Origin: the human T2T-CHM13v2.0 reference genome, Homo sapiens
Reading direction: 5' to 3' (one strand)
Length of the DNA stretch: 64,000 bases
Assembly (NCBI RefSeq): GCF_009914755.1
Contig: NC_060941.1
Under the pieces are notes generated by a model. The model did no database searches and was not told the origin of the DNA. It saw only the letters and a program-made list of their open reading frames with translations. The translations under genes were made by a program, and so were the position numbers. How positions within the stretch are numbered: position 1 is the first letter of the stretch; every line of letters begins with the position of its first letter. This document shows, piece after piece, positions 1 to 14,115 of this stretch.

Positions 1-211
1 TGAAGGCAAAGGGGAACTCCAGAAGGTTGTTCTGTTCCTCCCTCTCTCAAAATATCAAAAAATCATATCTCAGAGCTGGATCACTTTTCTGAAGTATATT
101 CCACAGAATACTAATTTCATGAGTTGCTCCTTGAATCAAAAGAATCTGAAGTCAAATAAATTTTGGAAATGCTCATACTTTATCCACCTTTTGGATGATC
201 CCAACATATAT

Positions 212-838
212 TAGACCAGCACTGTCTAGGAAAATTATAACCCAAGTTCCATTAGTAATTTAACATTTTTGAGAAGCCATATTTTTAAATCAATTTAGGT
301 TTAATAAAATATTTATTTTATGCCTACAAATACACACACATACACACACAAACACACAGAAACAGAGAGATTTATCACAAGGCATTGGCTCATATAATTA
401 ATTATGAAGCCAGAGAAGGCCCAAGATCTGTAGTTGGCAAGCTGGAGGGCCAGGAAAGCCAATAGTATAGTTCCGATCTGAGTCCATGTCTCAAGGCAGA
501 AGACCAACGTTCCACCCTGAAGATGATCAGACACAGAAAGAAAATTCTTTATTGCTCAGCCTTTTATTCTCTCCAGACCTTCAACAGATTGGATGTGGCC
601 CACCCACATTAGGGAGTTTAATCTGCTTTCTGTGGTCTACTGATGCAAATGGTAATCTCATCCAGAAACACCCAGAGATCATGTTTAACCAAACATCCAT
701 GTGCCCAGTCAAGTTAACAATAAAATAAACCACATTTACATGCTTTTACACTGAACGGCACATCTCAACATAGATGAGCCACATATCAAGTGCTAAACAG
801 CCACTTGGCTGATGGCCACCATATTGTAAGTAGAGCAT
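212..838. mobile_element. MER3/MER33-like hAT MITE split by an MLT2 LTR
   Basis: Left arm CAGCACTGTCTAG...AGCCATATT and right arm AGCCACATATCAAGTGCTAAACAGCCACTTGGCTGATGGCCACCATATTG flank the MLT2. Confidence 0.6.
318..733 (-). mobile_element. MLT2-family (ERVL) solo LTR
   Basis: Ends CCCAGTCAAGTTAACAATAAAATAAACCACA, the reverse complement of the MLT2 5' end; contains GGCCCACCCACATT and a CA-rich tract. Confidence 0.75.
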
Positions 839-1057
839 TAGAATAATAAAGGCTCTGAGAAGACTTACAATAAAGAAACCTTTTTAATGTTGTTTAATCC
901 AGTGTGTTCAAACTTTATTTGACTGCAGGACCCTTATTTCCAGTTATTGATCAACCAATTGATTGATTGATTGATTTTTACTGATTTCATTTATTATTAT
1001 CTTGTTCTACAGTAACACACTTTAGAAATATCAACCTAGTTCAAAGTCCATAAAGTA

Positions 1058-1430
1058 GAGGTCCAACAATTAGATATAACCTACAGATGTGTTTTAGTTG
1101 CTTTTTTGAGTGATGTTTTAAAAATTGTTTTTGAGTAGTTTAAGCCAGCTTTTAAAAATTAGGAGATTTCACATGTAAATCTGGATTTGTAATTTAAAAG
1201 TGGAAACACCTGATCACACTGAGTCTGTATTTCCTCATGGCAACAATAGGCTAAAGTTGAGTGTCTGCTGCTCTCTTTATCATGGGGTGGGGAGTGGAGT
1301 GGGCTCAGAGGCACACAGCTCAGGGCATCCACACTAATGCTCCAATGTACGTATGTGTACCCACACCTGGGCAACGCATCCGTGAGAGTTATCTACTTGC
1401 CCTGTTAACAATTAAGTGTGCATGCCCTGA
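1058..1430. mobile_element. MER102-like hAT element
   Basis: GGAGATTTCACATGTAAATCTGGATTT...CCTCATGGCAACAATAGGCT resembles the MER102 core. Confidence 0.55.
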
Positions 1431-2130
1431 TCAATCTCAGTCATCCCACTTTCAGATAAATAAATTTAAGCCTAGAGAGTTTAATTTAGGTCATTCACCT
1501 AAAGTCATTTCTTGAGTTAGTGGCAGAGGAAGAACCATTCCCCATTTCTCCTGATGGTTCTATATGCTGTCCTGATACTTCTACCGATGTTCCTTCTCCT
1601 TCTTTACCTTCAGAGAAGCACAGAATCTGTGAGCCTGACTTACTAACTCTTCACTCTCTCATTATGCTCTTTAAGTTGAAGTGATTCTCTCTGCCTGACA
1701 CTATTTGGTTCTGCACTCATCACTAATGAGATGCTAACTTGAAACAAATCAAGGGATGAGAGAACCTTTGAGGAGGTCAATATATCCCACTGTGGTACCA
1801 GAGACAGTCCCAAATTCCTTAGATAATCATTCAGTCTTCTTGTTTGGACTTAATCAAAACATTGTGTCCACTGCTGAGGAGCATCCCGACTGAACAGAAT
1901 CCCACCACGAGGCCTTCAGGAGATAGTGCATCTGGGCAGAATGCCAGAGCAGTCAGGATTTAGCTACTCCCAGAGGGACATGCATTCCTCCCATCACGAT
2001 TCCAATCTCCTATGGCTGATTCTTATCTTGAGGCCAAGGCCAAGAGCATTTTTTTTCTTTATAACAACAGTTGATTTTCCTAGGGAGTTTCAGCTAGTTT
2101 TAATAAGAGAAAGTTTATCCAAGAATGTGG

Positions 2131-2132
<2 letters not shown>

Positions 2133-2171
<39 letters not shown>
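2133..2171. repeat. (GT)19 microsatellite
   Basis: Perfect GT run read directly. Confidence 0.97.
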
Positions 2172-2173
<2 letters not shown>

Positions 2174-2769
2174 GGTATGGGTGCTCTAATACCTGTTTTA
2201 GTGTGAAGTTTAGTAACCTTGAACATGAAAGGCTTCTTTCTTATCTCTGTGATTGCTGCTTGGTGGAGATTTAGGAAGTGATCTGCAGAAGAGAATGAAG
2301 AATCGAGTCAGAAGTTTTACACTCAGAGCTAACCTCATTGGCCTAGAAAGACAAGGAGCATAAAGAAAAGAAAATTCATCCCGAGTGGCCCTGTTTCTAG
2401 TCACCTAATGGACTCGTAAGTCTATTGCGTGTTAGGAGCTAAACCTAGAGGTTAAAGAAATGAGATGCCATCCCTGAGATAACACTGTTTTCAAATGCAG
2501 ACTCTTGGATCCTCCCAAGGAAAGCTCTTATTTCTTCAATTTCTTGCTATCGCCCAAATCATGAGCAGAGTGGCTCAGCGACCCGGCCAAGGAAGCACCA
2601 TGAAGAGCTATACAAGGAGTGTCCTAAGATTGGCCTAGGGAGATGCTTCCGTACTTGCCATCCTTCAGTTGTAGTTAACCTCGTAAGTACTTCCAAAGGC
2701 AGAGCTGGTTTGAGAAGAGCCATGTTTCCTTTCTCTATGACATCTAACAGAGTTTTGCACTTAGTAGTT

Positions 2770-3130
2770 ATATTTGTCTGGCTTCCCCAGAAATCAGAGC
2801 CCAGAGTAGAGGCCTATTTCCTGTGGAAATAGGAAGCACAGCACCAGGGGGCAGGAATGAGGAGGAGGGGTTAGGCAGGGGCAGAAGAAGAGCCAACAGG
2901 AAGGTGTGTTCCTGACTTGCCATCCCGTGGTATCAAGTGAGACTTGGAATCAAGCACTCCTTCTTGTAGGACAGTCTTACGAGAGTCTGCATAAGCAACT
3001 CATTCTTAGAGCAGTCGAATAGGCAAGAAATATTTATCCTGTTATCTCAGTTTTGCAGAGACCACAAGGGCAAGAAGTATAGGCAATACCATCCCTCATT
3101 GTACTGTGAGGCGCTAAGCCATCTGCACAA
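2770..3130 (-). mobile_element. Old ERVL LTR fragment (LTR16/LTR33-like)
   Basis: GGCTTCCCCAGAAATCAGAGCCCAGAG resembles the reverse-complemented ERVL LTR 3' end. Confidence 0.4.
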
Positions 3131-6100
3131 GCAATGGCCCCAAGTTATCCCATTTGCTTGCATTCCCCCATTACCTACCTCAAGGTTAATAATGGGAAGC
3201 CCAGAGATTGGATAAAGAGAAAGATTAGAGAACATTTCTTTACAAAGAACAGTGTTTCTTTTCTCTCACCCAAGGCGGAAAGAAATGGAGTGTTCCTCCC
3301 TCCCCTTCATCTATTTTCATCAGGAGTATAACTCAGACACTTGACTTTTTCCCATGGAATTTGGAGACACAGGGACTGGTACCTGTCTCACGCCTGAAAA
3401 AAATGAATGGAACGGGCTTTTGGCAGGAGGAGGAGGGCAGGAGAGCAAAGAGAATGGCCTGAAATCTCAGAGGTTGAGGTAACAATGCATCCGTGTTGCT
3501 TTGGGTCATGTGAGGACCTTCTGAAAGAGCCCCGGCCATGAGTTGTTTTGAAATGGACCCCACCTAAGAAAGCTGCAGGAACAAGGTGACCCTAGTGAAG
3601 AAGTGGGTCAGCAGAAGCCAGTAGACAAAGGCATCATAAATAGCTGGGTAACTGAGGGATCACCTCCTCAAGGAACTGTGGGGTAGCAGAGCTTAGCATG
3701 GAGGAGACTGCATGGGAGGGAGCTATAAAAAACTCAAAAATATACACAAGAGAAGATGTCAAAATGTTCACCGTGACACAGTCACAGCATACCAATGCCA
3801 GGTAAAGCCTCACCACCCACATGAGACTGTGTTCTCCTCCAAGCTCATCGTCACCTTCCCAGCTAGTGAATGAAGGAGTAGGTAGCCAGAGGACATGAGG
3901 GAGAAGCCAGGCTGTGTCTCCTTCCACGACTTGGGGTAGAGCTGCCCAAGGCAGGCTCAGGCAGAGGGAGGGAAGAACTTTTAAACTGAATAAGAGCCCA
4001 GCGTTTTGACGTTAGGCTGGCCTGGGTTGTATTATCATTATTACCCCCAAAGAAATAACCAGAAAAGCTTTGGGAACTTTCTGGGACTTTATCCAAAGGC
4101 AGAGAAAAAAGTACATGAACAAAACAAGTTGGAAAGGGGTGGTGGTGAGGAAGGTGGAAATTGTTCTCTATGTGCCCCGCAGAGCAACGGAGCAGGAGCA
4201 ATGGAGCAGCTCCAGTGATCAGCAGAAGGACTGCGTTTTGTGGGGGCGCATCGGAAATGCCGTGTAACTTCTTTTGTTAAATAGATGTCAAGACAGAAAC
4301 TAGATGCCATATAATCCCATCAGTGATTCTTTTCTACAGAAACTAATTTACTAAAACATCACAGGAAAGTCCCTGGACATGTGAGGTATTCGTTGAGCAA
4401 TCTGTCTTCTTCCCCTCAACCTCTCTGCTGGGTTTCCCTCCTCCTTAACTGGCAAATACACTTTGCCAACAGCAAAGATGTCAAAAGCAAATTTCTAGGG
4501 CAAAATAATACCAACTCTTGACTGTGAAACTAAAATTCTTAGAGAATACATGAGAACCAATAGCACCAAGTTGGTCATTTTCTTAAAAAAAAAAAAAAAA
4601 AAGCACTGTAAAAACGATGGAGAAAACAATTAAAAAAATAGAGTGATAAGTCAGCTGGAGCTTGAGGAAAATCAAGGGAAAGGAAGAAAATAGAGATACC
4701 CACAAAATTTGGGGGTATACATATGAAGGAAAGGACGGCTGACAGGCTGGCTCCCAGCTGTTATTTGAAAGTGGCAGCCCTAGGGACAAAAAAGAAAATG
4801 GAAAACAGTGGATGGTGTATTTAAAGATAAGATTCTAAGTGGAGTTAAGACTCTTCTGTGGGCCTGGGAATGGTGTGAGAAGGAGCTCTAGATTTTCCTG
4901 GGTCCAGAGTGAGAGGCAGGAGGCAGCTGAATGGTTGCCCTGACCAGCCCCAAGAATTTCCTGATAAAATGAAGGGAAACACATCAAAGCAAAATACTGG
5001 GCTATCTGCCAGATGTGCGACTGGGCAGCTGCATCTGTATGGGAGCATCCACGCCATATCCCCACGCTGCAATCGGGTGTGCCACTCCCCAGAGCCACCG
5101 ATGCATCCCTCCTGTGGCAAGTGGAAAAAAAGAACACACAAGGACAACAACTGCTGACGGTAGAGAGAGACTTAAAAGAAGCCTCCAAATGGGACATCCC
5201 TCCGCCTGGACTCATCACCTGGCTGAGGTTGTTGCTTTATAATCAGCAACAGTAAGGACGGGAAGCAGAAAAGAAATTCAGATGAACAGCTTTGAACAGA
5301 CTGCTAGGAATCACTAGATTGGAAGCTCAGAATGAACTGAATTAAGTGATTTATAGATAGTAGGTAGTGGATCAGAGCAGAGATCAGACCAAAATTATAG
5401 CAACAAACTCTATTCTCTGCAAGCTGCATCTGACGAACTCTTGTAGCTGTGAAACGACCCAGCCTCTGGAGAATGCAAAGCTTTCTCTTTTTCTCTGGTG
5501 GCGGAGAGAGGGAAGCAAAGTGGGATGGAATGGCTAGGTCCTGACTTCCTTCATATGATTTTCTTATTCCTCTTCCCTCCTTGATCACATCAGTAAAGAG
5601 ACAGAAGACAGACTAAGCTACTTAAACTACATTTCTTTGTGATTTCCTTTTTTTATTCCATTGGAATAAAAATGTCTCTACCCCATTCCCTTCTTTTCTA
5701 TTACGTTCTTAAAAAGCTTGCATCAATTTGTTTAAAGGTTATACATCAACCACCCTTAAATTGCTACCAGTTTAAGAACTCCCTGGCAGAACCCAGCTTC
5801 CACAAGGAGTTATTTCCTTTTTCTGAATATTTAAGCAGAATAAAACCATTTACAGATAAAAATATGCAACGGCCACCTTCTTTCCTTATGAAATTGAGGG
5901 GCTGTCAGTTCTAGCTCCCTCTTACTGAAATGAATATTTGGACTACACCAGTATGAAAATAAAACGTCTTGACAGTTTCTCGAGGTTAATGGTGCAGAAC
6001 CACCTGTATTTAACATTCCGACTTCTACTCCATTAACGCGCCTAACTCAGTTTTCTTTATCTGCCAAGGAGAAATGGAACAAAAATCAATATCCTACCCA

Positions 6101-6974
6101 AAGCAGTGATGAGGTTTTATTCCCCCCTCAAATCTCAAAGGAATGTCAGACCCCTTTATATCAAGAATCTCCCTAAACAAATTGCGGGTTGCCACTGTGT
6201 GAACCAATGTTGTATGAAATCAAGAGTTGAAACGATTGCCACCTCGTTATTTATTTTCCATCCTGCAACATATATTTCATGTTCGCGTTAGTGCATTCAG
6301 ATGCCAAGGAGATAAGTACTTTAACAATCCTAAGACAGAAGTCTGTGGAGGCACTTGTTAATAGCTTCAATACATTTCCTTGTGTTGTAAATTTCAGCTT
6401 TCATATCTTTCCAAGAAGTTCCTCCCACTATTTTGGCAGTGAATGAACTTGCCAGGAGGCCTGTTCTCCATCCTCCCTTTCTTCTTACTTCATCTCCCAC
6501 TCGGACCCAGGCCCAGCCTTCCTGAGGCACAAGCTGCACACTGGGATCCCTCCCCAGCTGCAGGCACACTCTGGGAGCCTTGCCCACTCATGCCCAAGGA
6601 AAAGGGTCACAGCAAGGCTGGTGCTGCTATGGGAATGAGGTGGCGGCTCCTCCTTGGTTACATTGCTCCAGGCTGATTCTCTGCCTCTCAAAGTGGAAAG
6701 CATGTTTGCCTAGACCCTTCTCAACTTCCAATGGCCATTCATACTTCAGCTACTTCTTGAACCACAGCTTCTTCTTCCCTGAGTTGCACTGGCTGATTAA
6801 CTGACCTATTCCTGCCCCAGCGCTTATCTGACTCTTGATATTTATAGAACTTCCCCCTACCCCAGCCTAGGGTTGCTCTTGGTCCTAATCAGTTCTTCCT
6901 GCCATTTCACCCTTGCCATTTAAACACCAGGGTCATGTGCCCTGTGTTTTGAGTGTGTACTTTATCTGTTAGAT

Positions 6975-7602
6975 CAGTGGTCAGCAAACGTTTCCTGTAA
7001 AAGGCCAGAGAGTAAGTTTTTGTTGTTGTTGTTGTTGAGACAGAGTCTTGCTCTGTTGCTCAGGCTGGAGTGCAATCGTGCAATCTTGGCTCACTGCAAC
7101 CTCCGCCTCCCAGGTTCAAGTGATTCTCCTGCCTCGGCCTCCTGAGTAGCTGGAATTACAGGCACGCACCACCACACCCAGCTAATTTTTGTATTTTTAG
7201 TAGAGACGGGGTTTCGCCATGTTGGCCAGGCTGGTCTCAAACTCCTGACCTCAGGTGATCCACCTGCCTCTGCCTCCCAAAGTGCTTAGATTACAGGCAT
7301 GACCCACTGCGCCTGGCCAAAAGTGAGTATCTTAAACATCATGGGTCATGCCATCTCTATCCTAACCACTCAGACCTGCCTTTGGAGTGTGAAAGCCACC
7401 CTAGCCCGTAAGTAAACAAATGAGCCTGGCTGTGTTCCAAGAAAATCTCATTTATGGACAGCTGAAATTTGAACCTCTTCTAAATTTCACTTCGTAAAAC
7501 ATTATTCTTCTTTTGTTTTTCAAAAAATCCATTTAAAGATGGAAAAGCAATTTCATAATGCTGTATGAAAACAGGAATGGGGCTTCGTTTGCTTGGTCTC
7601 TG
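6975..7602. mobile_element. MER58(B) hAT element interrupted by Alu
   Basis: CAGTGGTCAGCAAACGTTTCCTGTAAAAGGCCAGA and GTAAACAAATGAGCCTGGCTGTGTTCCAA. Confidence 0.75.
7017..7318 (-). mobile_element. AluS (Sx/Sz-like), full length
   Basis: Two Alu arms in reverse with a (TTG)n tail. Confidence 0.95.
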
Positions 7603-8141
7603 TGTTAGGGATTTTCAATAAGTTTCTTTGCAAGTGGCAGAGTAGATGTGCAAAAAGTAGTTACTTTGTGAGTAATTTTTTAAAAAAAAAAGATAAAGAA
7701 ATGAACGATGGAATGAAGGACTGAATGGTAAAATGAAAGGATTAATGAAGAAATGAAGGCATGAAGAACGAAATACCTATGAAAATTATTTGCTCCAAGG
7801 AACTCTGAAAATGTCTTCAATCATTTTTCCTTTTAATTCCAGTCTCCATTTCCAGCTCTAGAATACCCTGTATCCAGTCTTCCTTGCCATGTCCCATTCA
7901 CTCATTCAATAAATGCTTATTGCACACCCGCTAAGGTACTGCGAGGCCTATTGCCAGGCGCTGAGAATAGAACAATGGAGAAGACAGGCCCCATCTTCAG
8001 GGAGCTCAAGCCCTAGAAGGGGCTTTAATAAGTGAGCAAGAAATCATATTACCATATGAAATGTCTATGAAATGGTTCAGGGTACTCTGGAATCACATGG
8101 GATGTTACCAGAGTCCAGATGGAATTAGGCTTAAAAAGATT

Positions 8142-8373
8142 AGGAATTTGAGATCAGCCTGGGCAACATAGTGAGGACACTGTCTCTATAAAAAAAAATA
8201 GAAAAAATTAGCCAGATGTTGTAGTGAGTGCCTGTAGTCCTAGTGACTCAGGAGGCTGAGGTAATGGGATCCCTTGAGCCCGGGAGGTCCAGGCTGCAGT
8301 AAGTCATGATTGTACCACTGCACTACAGCCTGGGTGACAGAGCAAGACTCTGTCTCAAAAAAAAAAAAAAAAA
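8142..8373 (+). mobile_element. AluJ, 5'-truncated
   Basis: CAGCCTGGGCAACATAGTGAG...GAGCAAGACTCTGTCTC followed by poly(A). Confidence 0.92.
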
Positions 8374-8519
8374 AGGATTTAGGGAGATCAAGGGAGATGG
8401 GCCAGGTGGACACTGTGACTTCCACCAAGACAGGACTCCTTTGCTTTTTGATCAGACAAAACTCATGTAAGTCAGTAGGTAAATTCTGGGATCCTCAACA
8501 GGACAGAGCCCAAATGACA

Positions 8520-8856
8520 TGTTACGCACTGAATTTTGATGTCTCTCCGCCACCCCAAATAAGCTGAACGGTGGTGTTTGGAGGGGGGCCTTTGGGAGGT
8601 GATTACATCATGAAGGTAAAACCCTCATGAATGAGATTATTGCCCTTATGAAAACACGAGAGGTCATTTTTCTCTTCACCATGTGAGGATACAAGGAATA
8701 AGTTGCTACCAGCAAACCAGGCTGAGTGCAAACCAGACATCACATCCGCCTTGGTTGTGGACTTCCCAGCGTCCAGAATAGTGAGAAATATATGTTTGTT
8801 GTTGAGGCCATTCAATCCATGGTATTGTGTTTTAGTAGCCCAAATTGACTAAGACA
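8520..8856 (+). mobile_element. MLT1A/B-like MaLR solo LTR
   Basis: TGTTA...GACTAAGACA termini; GGACTTCCCAGCGTCCAGAATAGTGAGAAATA. Confidence 0.8.
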
Positions 8857-9599
8857 GGTTCCCCTAAGGTTCAAAAGACTTATCGGAAGTTCTCTTACCA
8901 GCCCTTTAATCATCAATCTGCATGTTTGTTGTTTATAAATCCCAAGAAGAATTTGAGATAAATTTTAATCTTAAAACACATGTAAAATATTTTCTTCAAA
9001 CAAAGAAAAATCATGCTGCAGTTGCCATGTGTTTTAACGAAAGATACAGAAAGGTTCTCAAAAGGGGTGTTTCTTGCACGGCTCTTAGATAAAAGCTAGG
9101 GAAGCAGCATTAAATCTTAACAGAGTGGAAGCGTTTCTAAAAGGGACTAAGATAATACGGACCAGACACATGGCTTTCTGCAGACCAATCTCAATCCTGG
9201 GCCTGAGCTCAAAGAATGTAGATGAATGGATGTTTAACATGAACCCTCAACAGACTCTTATGCACATCACATCTCCAGCCAGCTTCTGGCAAGTGCTGAA
9301 TTGTAGCAAATTCATGATGGGTTTCCCTGATGAGTTCCTGAAGTGTCAGTGGACCCTGCTTTAATCACTGAAAGGCAAAGGCAGCCTTCCGGGGAGGTAG
9401 ACAGAGCCATACATAGTGCAGTGGGAGAGGCAGGAAAGCCCGCTACTCAAAAACATCTGCATGTGTCCAGGTGCCACAGAGCTGCAAGCCTTCCATTAGA
9501 GCAAACCTCATCACATCACTGCCCCTGCTCAGCTTTCTCCAGGGATTCCCTATCAATTTCCAAATAAAATCCACACCCCTTGGAGTGATATAAAGGGAT

Positions 9600-11000
9600 C
9601 TTCAGAGAAAAAAAATTAAGTTAGATCTCTACCTCATGCTTTAAACCAAAATAATTTCCAGATGGGTTGAAGAGTTAAATGTAAGAAATAAAACCTAAAA
9701 GAACTTGAAAAAAGTACACATGAGTAAGCATTCTCTGATCTAGGGATCGCAAAGATTTACTAAACATACAAGCAAAAAAAGGAAAAGGTGGATAGATTGG
9801 ACCATATAAAAATTAGGAAGGTCTATATATCACAAAAATGAAACCAATGAAATCAAAAGGTGGGCAGCAAATAGGAGAAAATATTTTACCACATGATGAA
9901 GGGCTAATGTCTTTAAAATTAAAGCAGCTCTTTACAAAGAAATGAGAGAAAAAAATACAATAGAAAATAAAGGGATATAAGACATGAACAACAGAAGAAA
10001 TAGGAATTTATTGATTTGTTCAACAAATATTTATGCTTACTCTATGCCACAAGGTGTTATAGGTACTGTGTGGCACACAGTGTCCTGCTGCTGGGCGTGG
10101 TGGCTGTCTGGGGCAATGTCTGAGTCCCTGTCTAGACATTTCCTCCAGCAAAAACAGCTGATTGATATGGTTTGGATCTTTGTCCCTGCCCAATTTTCAT
10201 GTCAAATTGTAATTCCCAGCGTTGGAGGTGGGGCCTAGTGGGAGGCGATTGGATCATGGGGGTGGTCCAGGAGATGGTTTAGCACCATCTTCTGGCACTG
10301 TTTTCATGATAATGAGTGAGTTCTCACAAGACCTGGCTGTTAAAGTGTGCAGTACCTACCCCCTCTCTCTCTTCCTCCTGTTCCGGGCATGAAAATGTGC
10401 CTGCTTCTCCTTAGCCTTCCACCATGATTGTAAGTTTCCTGATGCCTCCCCAGAAACAGAAGCTGCTATGCTTCCTGCACAGCCTGCAGAATCGTGAGCC
10501 AATTAAACCATTTTTCTTTATAAATTACCCAGTCCCAAGTATTTCTTTATAGCGATGTGAAAACAGACTAACACACTGCCTCTCCCAAGGTATGTCCCTC
10601 CTTTGGGAGAGCCTGTACCCAATGGCTGGCCCAAGGAGGAGCTACAAAGGGTGGGTCTCATTGCCTTGAGTCAAGATAACTCTGTAGGCCACCCTAGCTC
10701 CCAGTCCAGCCTCTCCCCTGTCCTGTCTGGTTGGCTCACTCTTTCAGGTGATATCCTGAGATTGCCGCCCAACAGGCATTCGGTAGCCAATCTATCTCAG
10801 GTCTCTTTCCAGGGAACCTGATGTAAGGTAAGTGTTCAGCTTACCCAGTCATCAAAGAGACACAAAGGGAAGCAATGAAATGCCCTTTTGCCTATCCAGT
10901 TAAAAAGATCTACTTTTAAATGAAAATACCTGATATCTCTTAAGGAAGAGGTGCTCTTCTATCAGCCTGATGGGATGCAAATTCATATCACTTTTCTGAA
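9600..11000 (+). mobile_element. Degraded L1M fragments interleaved with L2 and an LTR16-like element (~10060-10830)
   Basis: AAAATAATTTCCAGATGGGTTGAAGAGTTAAATGTAAG (L1 ORF2 3' part); CTCAGGTCTCTTTCCAGGGAACCTG (LTR16-type end). Confidence 0.55.
10163..10575 (+). mobile_element. MSTA-like MaLR solo LTR
   Basis: TGATATGGTTTGGATC...CCATGATTGTAAGTTTCCTGA...ACAGACTAACACA. Confidence 0.9.
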
Positions 11001-11264
11001 GGACAGTTTAGCACCATGTGTCAAGCTCATATGAAAACACAGAGGTTACTCTGATGTTTCAAATTCTAAAGACTTCTCTCCCAGAAACATCTGTCAATAA
11101 GGTGACTTTCACTTTAGACAAGCTGAGTTCAAGGGGAACATATCTAGTAAGATCAAAGACTCCAACAAAAGAATAATTAGTTAATAAATTATGGCACCTA
11201 CCTAGTATCACCCATTCAAAACTATTTACAACATACTCATGACATGGAAACATATTCACAAGAC

Positions 11265-11402
11265 TTTTTAAAATTTATTTTTTATGAAGTTGGGGGTCTT
11301 GCTATGTTGCCCAGGCTGGTCATGAACTCCTGGGCTCAAGCAATCCTCCCACCTCAGCCTCCCAAAATGCTGGGAGTACAGTTGTGAGCCACTGCGCCCA
11401 GC
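11265..11402 (-). mobile_element. FLAM_C / Alu left monomer
   Basis: Single arm; flanking direct repeat TCACAAG(A/G)CTTT. Confidence 0.88.
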
Positions 11403-12032
11403 ATCACAAGGCTTTAAGCTTAACAGATGTTTAAGAAAATTGCAGGTGTAGTATGAGCTCAGTTTTTATAACTTACACGTAGGAAGACCTTAAACTTTAG
11501 TTTAAAATGGAGTAACAAGCTGGGGCCTATAAAAAAGAAATTGAGTTTATGGGTGTATTATACTTGGCTGAAGCAGAATTTGCAATTTAAATAATTTGCA
11601 TGGGGTTTTTGGTGGGTCAAGGGGAGGGCAGATATACACTGTGTTTGCATTGCACCGCAGTCCCCACTACTCTCTATTACCTGTTATCTTTTTTCCTTTC
11701 CTAATTATTGAAGGCATTGAGTTTCTGATTCTGATTTAAAACTGCAAGCAAAAGAAGGAAAGTGATTCACAGGAAAATGGCTCTTGTATTGTCAGCAAAA
11801 AGGCGCTTGTTTTGTCAGCAAAACACTTTACCGAACTGCTTTGGTTGTGGAAAGATACCCTGTAAAGGCAGGTTGATTTGGTAATTTTGGCATGCAGATA
11901 GATGTTGCTTTCACTTACTGCAGTAGGAACAGCAGAGGGGAAATTGATTTCTGGAGGGGAGACGGTGACTTCAAAGGAACACATGTCCAGCCTGGGGTGC
12001 TTGGGAGATAGTCAGCTAAAGATACCCTATGA

Positions 12033-12458
<426 letters not shown>

Positions 12459-12585
12459 GAAATGATGTTTTAATTCTCATGTTCCTTGACCAGGATCAGC
12501 TTGCAAAACTATGGACCACTCCCTCCTTCTCAAAGAACTCCTTTCCTGAGGTTTCATAGACACGACCTTCTGATTTCTCTGTCTC

Positions 12586-13077
<492 letters not shown>

Positions 13078-13355
13078 TGATGTTAGCAATAAGAAGGGAT
13101 TTTTGCAACGTTGGGAAGAGGAGCTTTGGGGGAGTGAAAAATGTCAGAGATGTGGGGAGAGCGTGGGAGGTGAGGAAGAGGTGAGGAAGAGGTGATAGCA
13201 GGTAATGATAGCTCCTTCAAGATGAAATTGTGAATAGCAGTATATAAATTTTGCAGAACCTTGATACTCATGTATACTCATTAATGTTTATGAGTGTGTC
13301 GGGGTGTGTGTGTGGGGGGGGGGGGTTGTGCGTGCATTTTCTATATAATGGCCAA

Positions 13356-13693
13356 GAGCAGGGGTTGGCAAACGTTTTCTGTTTAGGGCAGACAGTAAAT
13401 ATTTTAGACTTTGTGGGCCACGTGGACTGTGCCCCAACTATTTATCTCTGACATTGTAGCATTTTTACAGTACATCATTTTCTTCTCTCTTATGACTTTC
13501 TTCAGATCAGTGGTTCTCAAAACTTTAGGTTGCATCAAAATCACTTGAATACCTTTGTTAAAAATAGACTGCTGAGCCCCTCCCTGGGAGTTTTTGATTC
13601 AATAGATCTAGGGTGGGGGCCCAAGAATTTGCATTTCTAACAAGTTCCCAAGAGATGCTGCTGGTCCAGGGACCATACTTGGACAATCACTGC
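13356..13693. mobile_element. MER58 fragment followed by MER5A (13508-13693)
   Basis: CAGGGGTTGGCAAACGTTTTCTG; CAGTGGTTCTCAAA...TTGGACAATCACTG terminal inverted repeats. Confidence 0.8.
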
Positions 13694-13967
13694 TCTTGGT
13701 TTCAGCAATGAATGTTAGATCTCCCAATAAGACTGAAGTCATCCATGGAACAGGCCATGTTTTCTATTTCTTTTGAGGTTAACCCCACTCTCTCAGGTAA
13801 CTTTACACAGTTCAACACGTATGAAACATACTCTGCTGCCTTCCCAATGTGTAACAGCCTGCCAGCAGAGGTAAAGCTAATATGTAAGTATTGACACTAT
13901 TGTTCTCCATATATATAAGAAGGTCTCAGAAGTCAAAGCAGGAGAGGATCATCTAAATACTTCAATT

Positions 13968-14115
13968 CAGTGGTGTGCTGATCAATGTTTAACAGCCAGT
14001 TGGAAGGTAGGGAGCAGGGAGGTGCTGATTTGTAACATTTGCCAATTTCTGTTGTGTAAATGCTCCTCCCCTGGCCAAGTTCAAGCTACCAAGGCAATGC
14101 CTCTAAAGGCAGTGT
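13968..14115. mobile_element. MER63-like hAT fragment
   Basis: CAGTGGTGTGCTG...TTTGTAACATTTGCCAATTTCTGTTGTGTAAAT. Confidence 0.55.

Larger units (their letters stand above)
85..1030. mobile_element. hAT-Charlie relic (MER113/Charlie4z-like), split by nested insertions
   Basis: AAGGCTCTGAGAAGACTTACAATAAAGAAACC...TTTAATCCAGTGTGTTCAAACTTTATTTGAC resembles the recalled consensus; interrupted at ~212-838. Confidence 0.5.

Noticed and set aside
4160-4270. Small CpG-containing patch with GTGGGGGCGC
   Set aside because: Too short for a CpG island and only a partial CTCF match.
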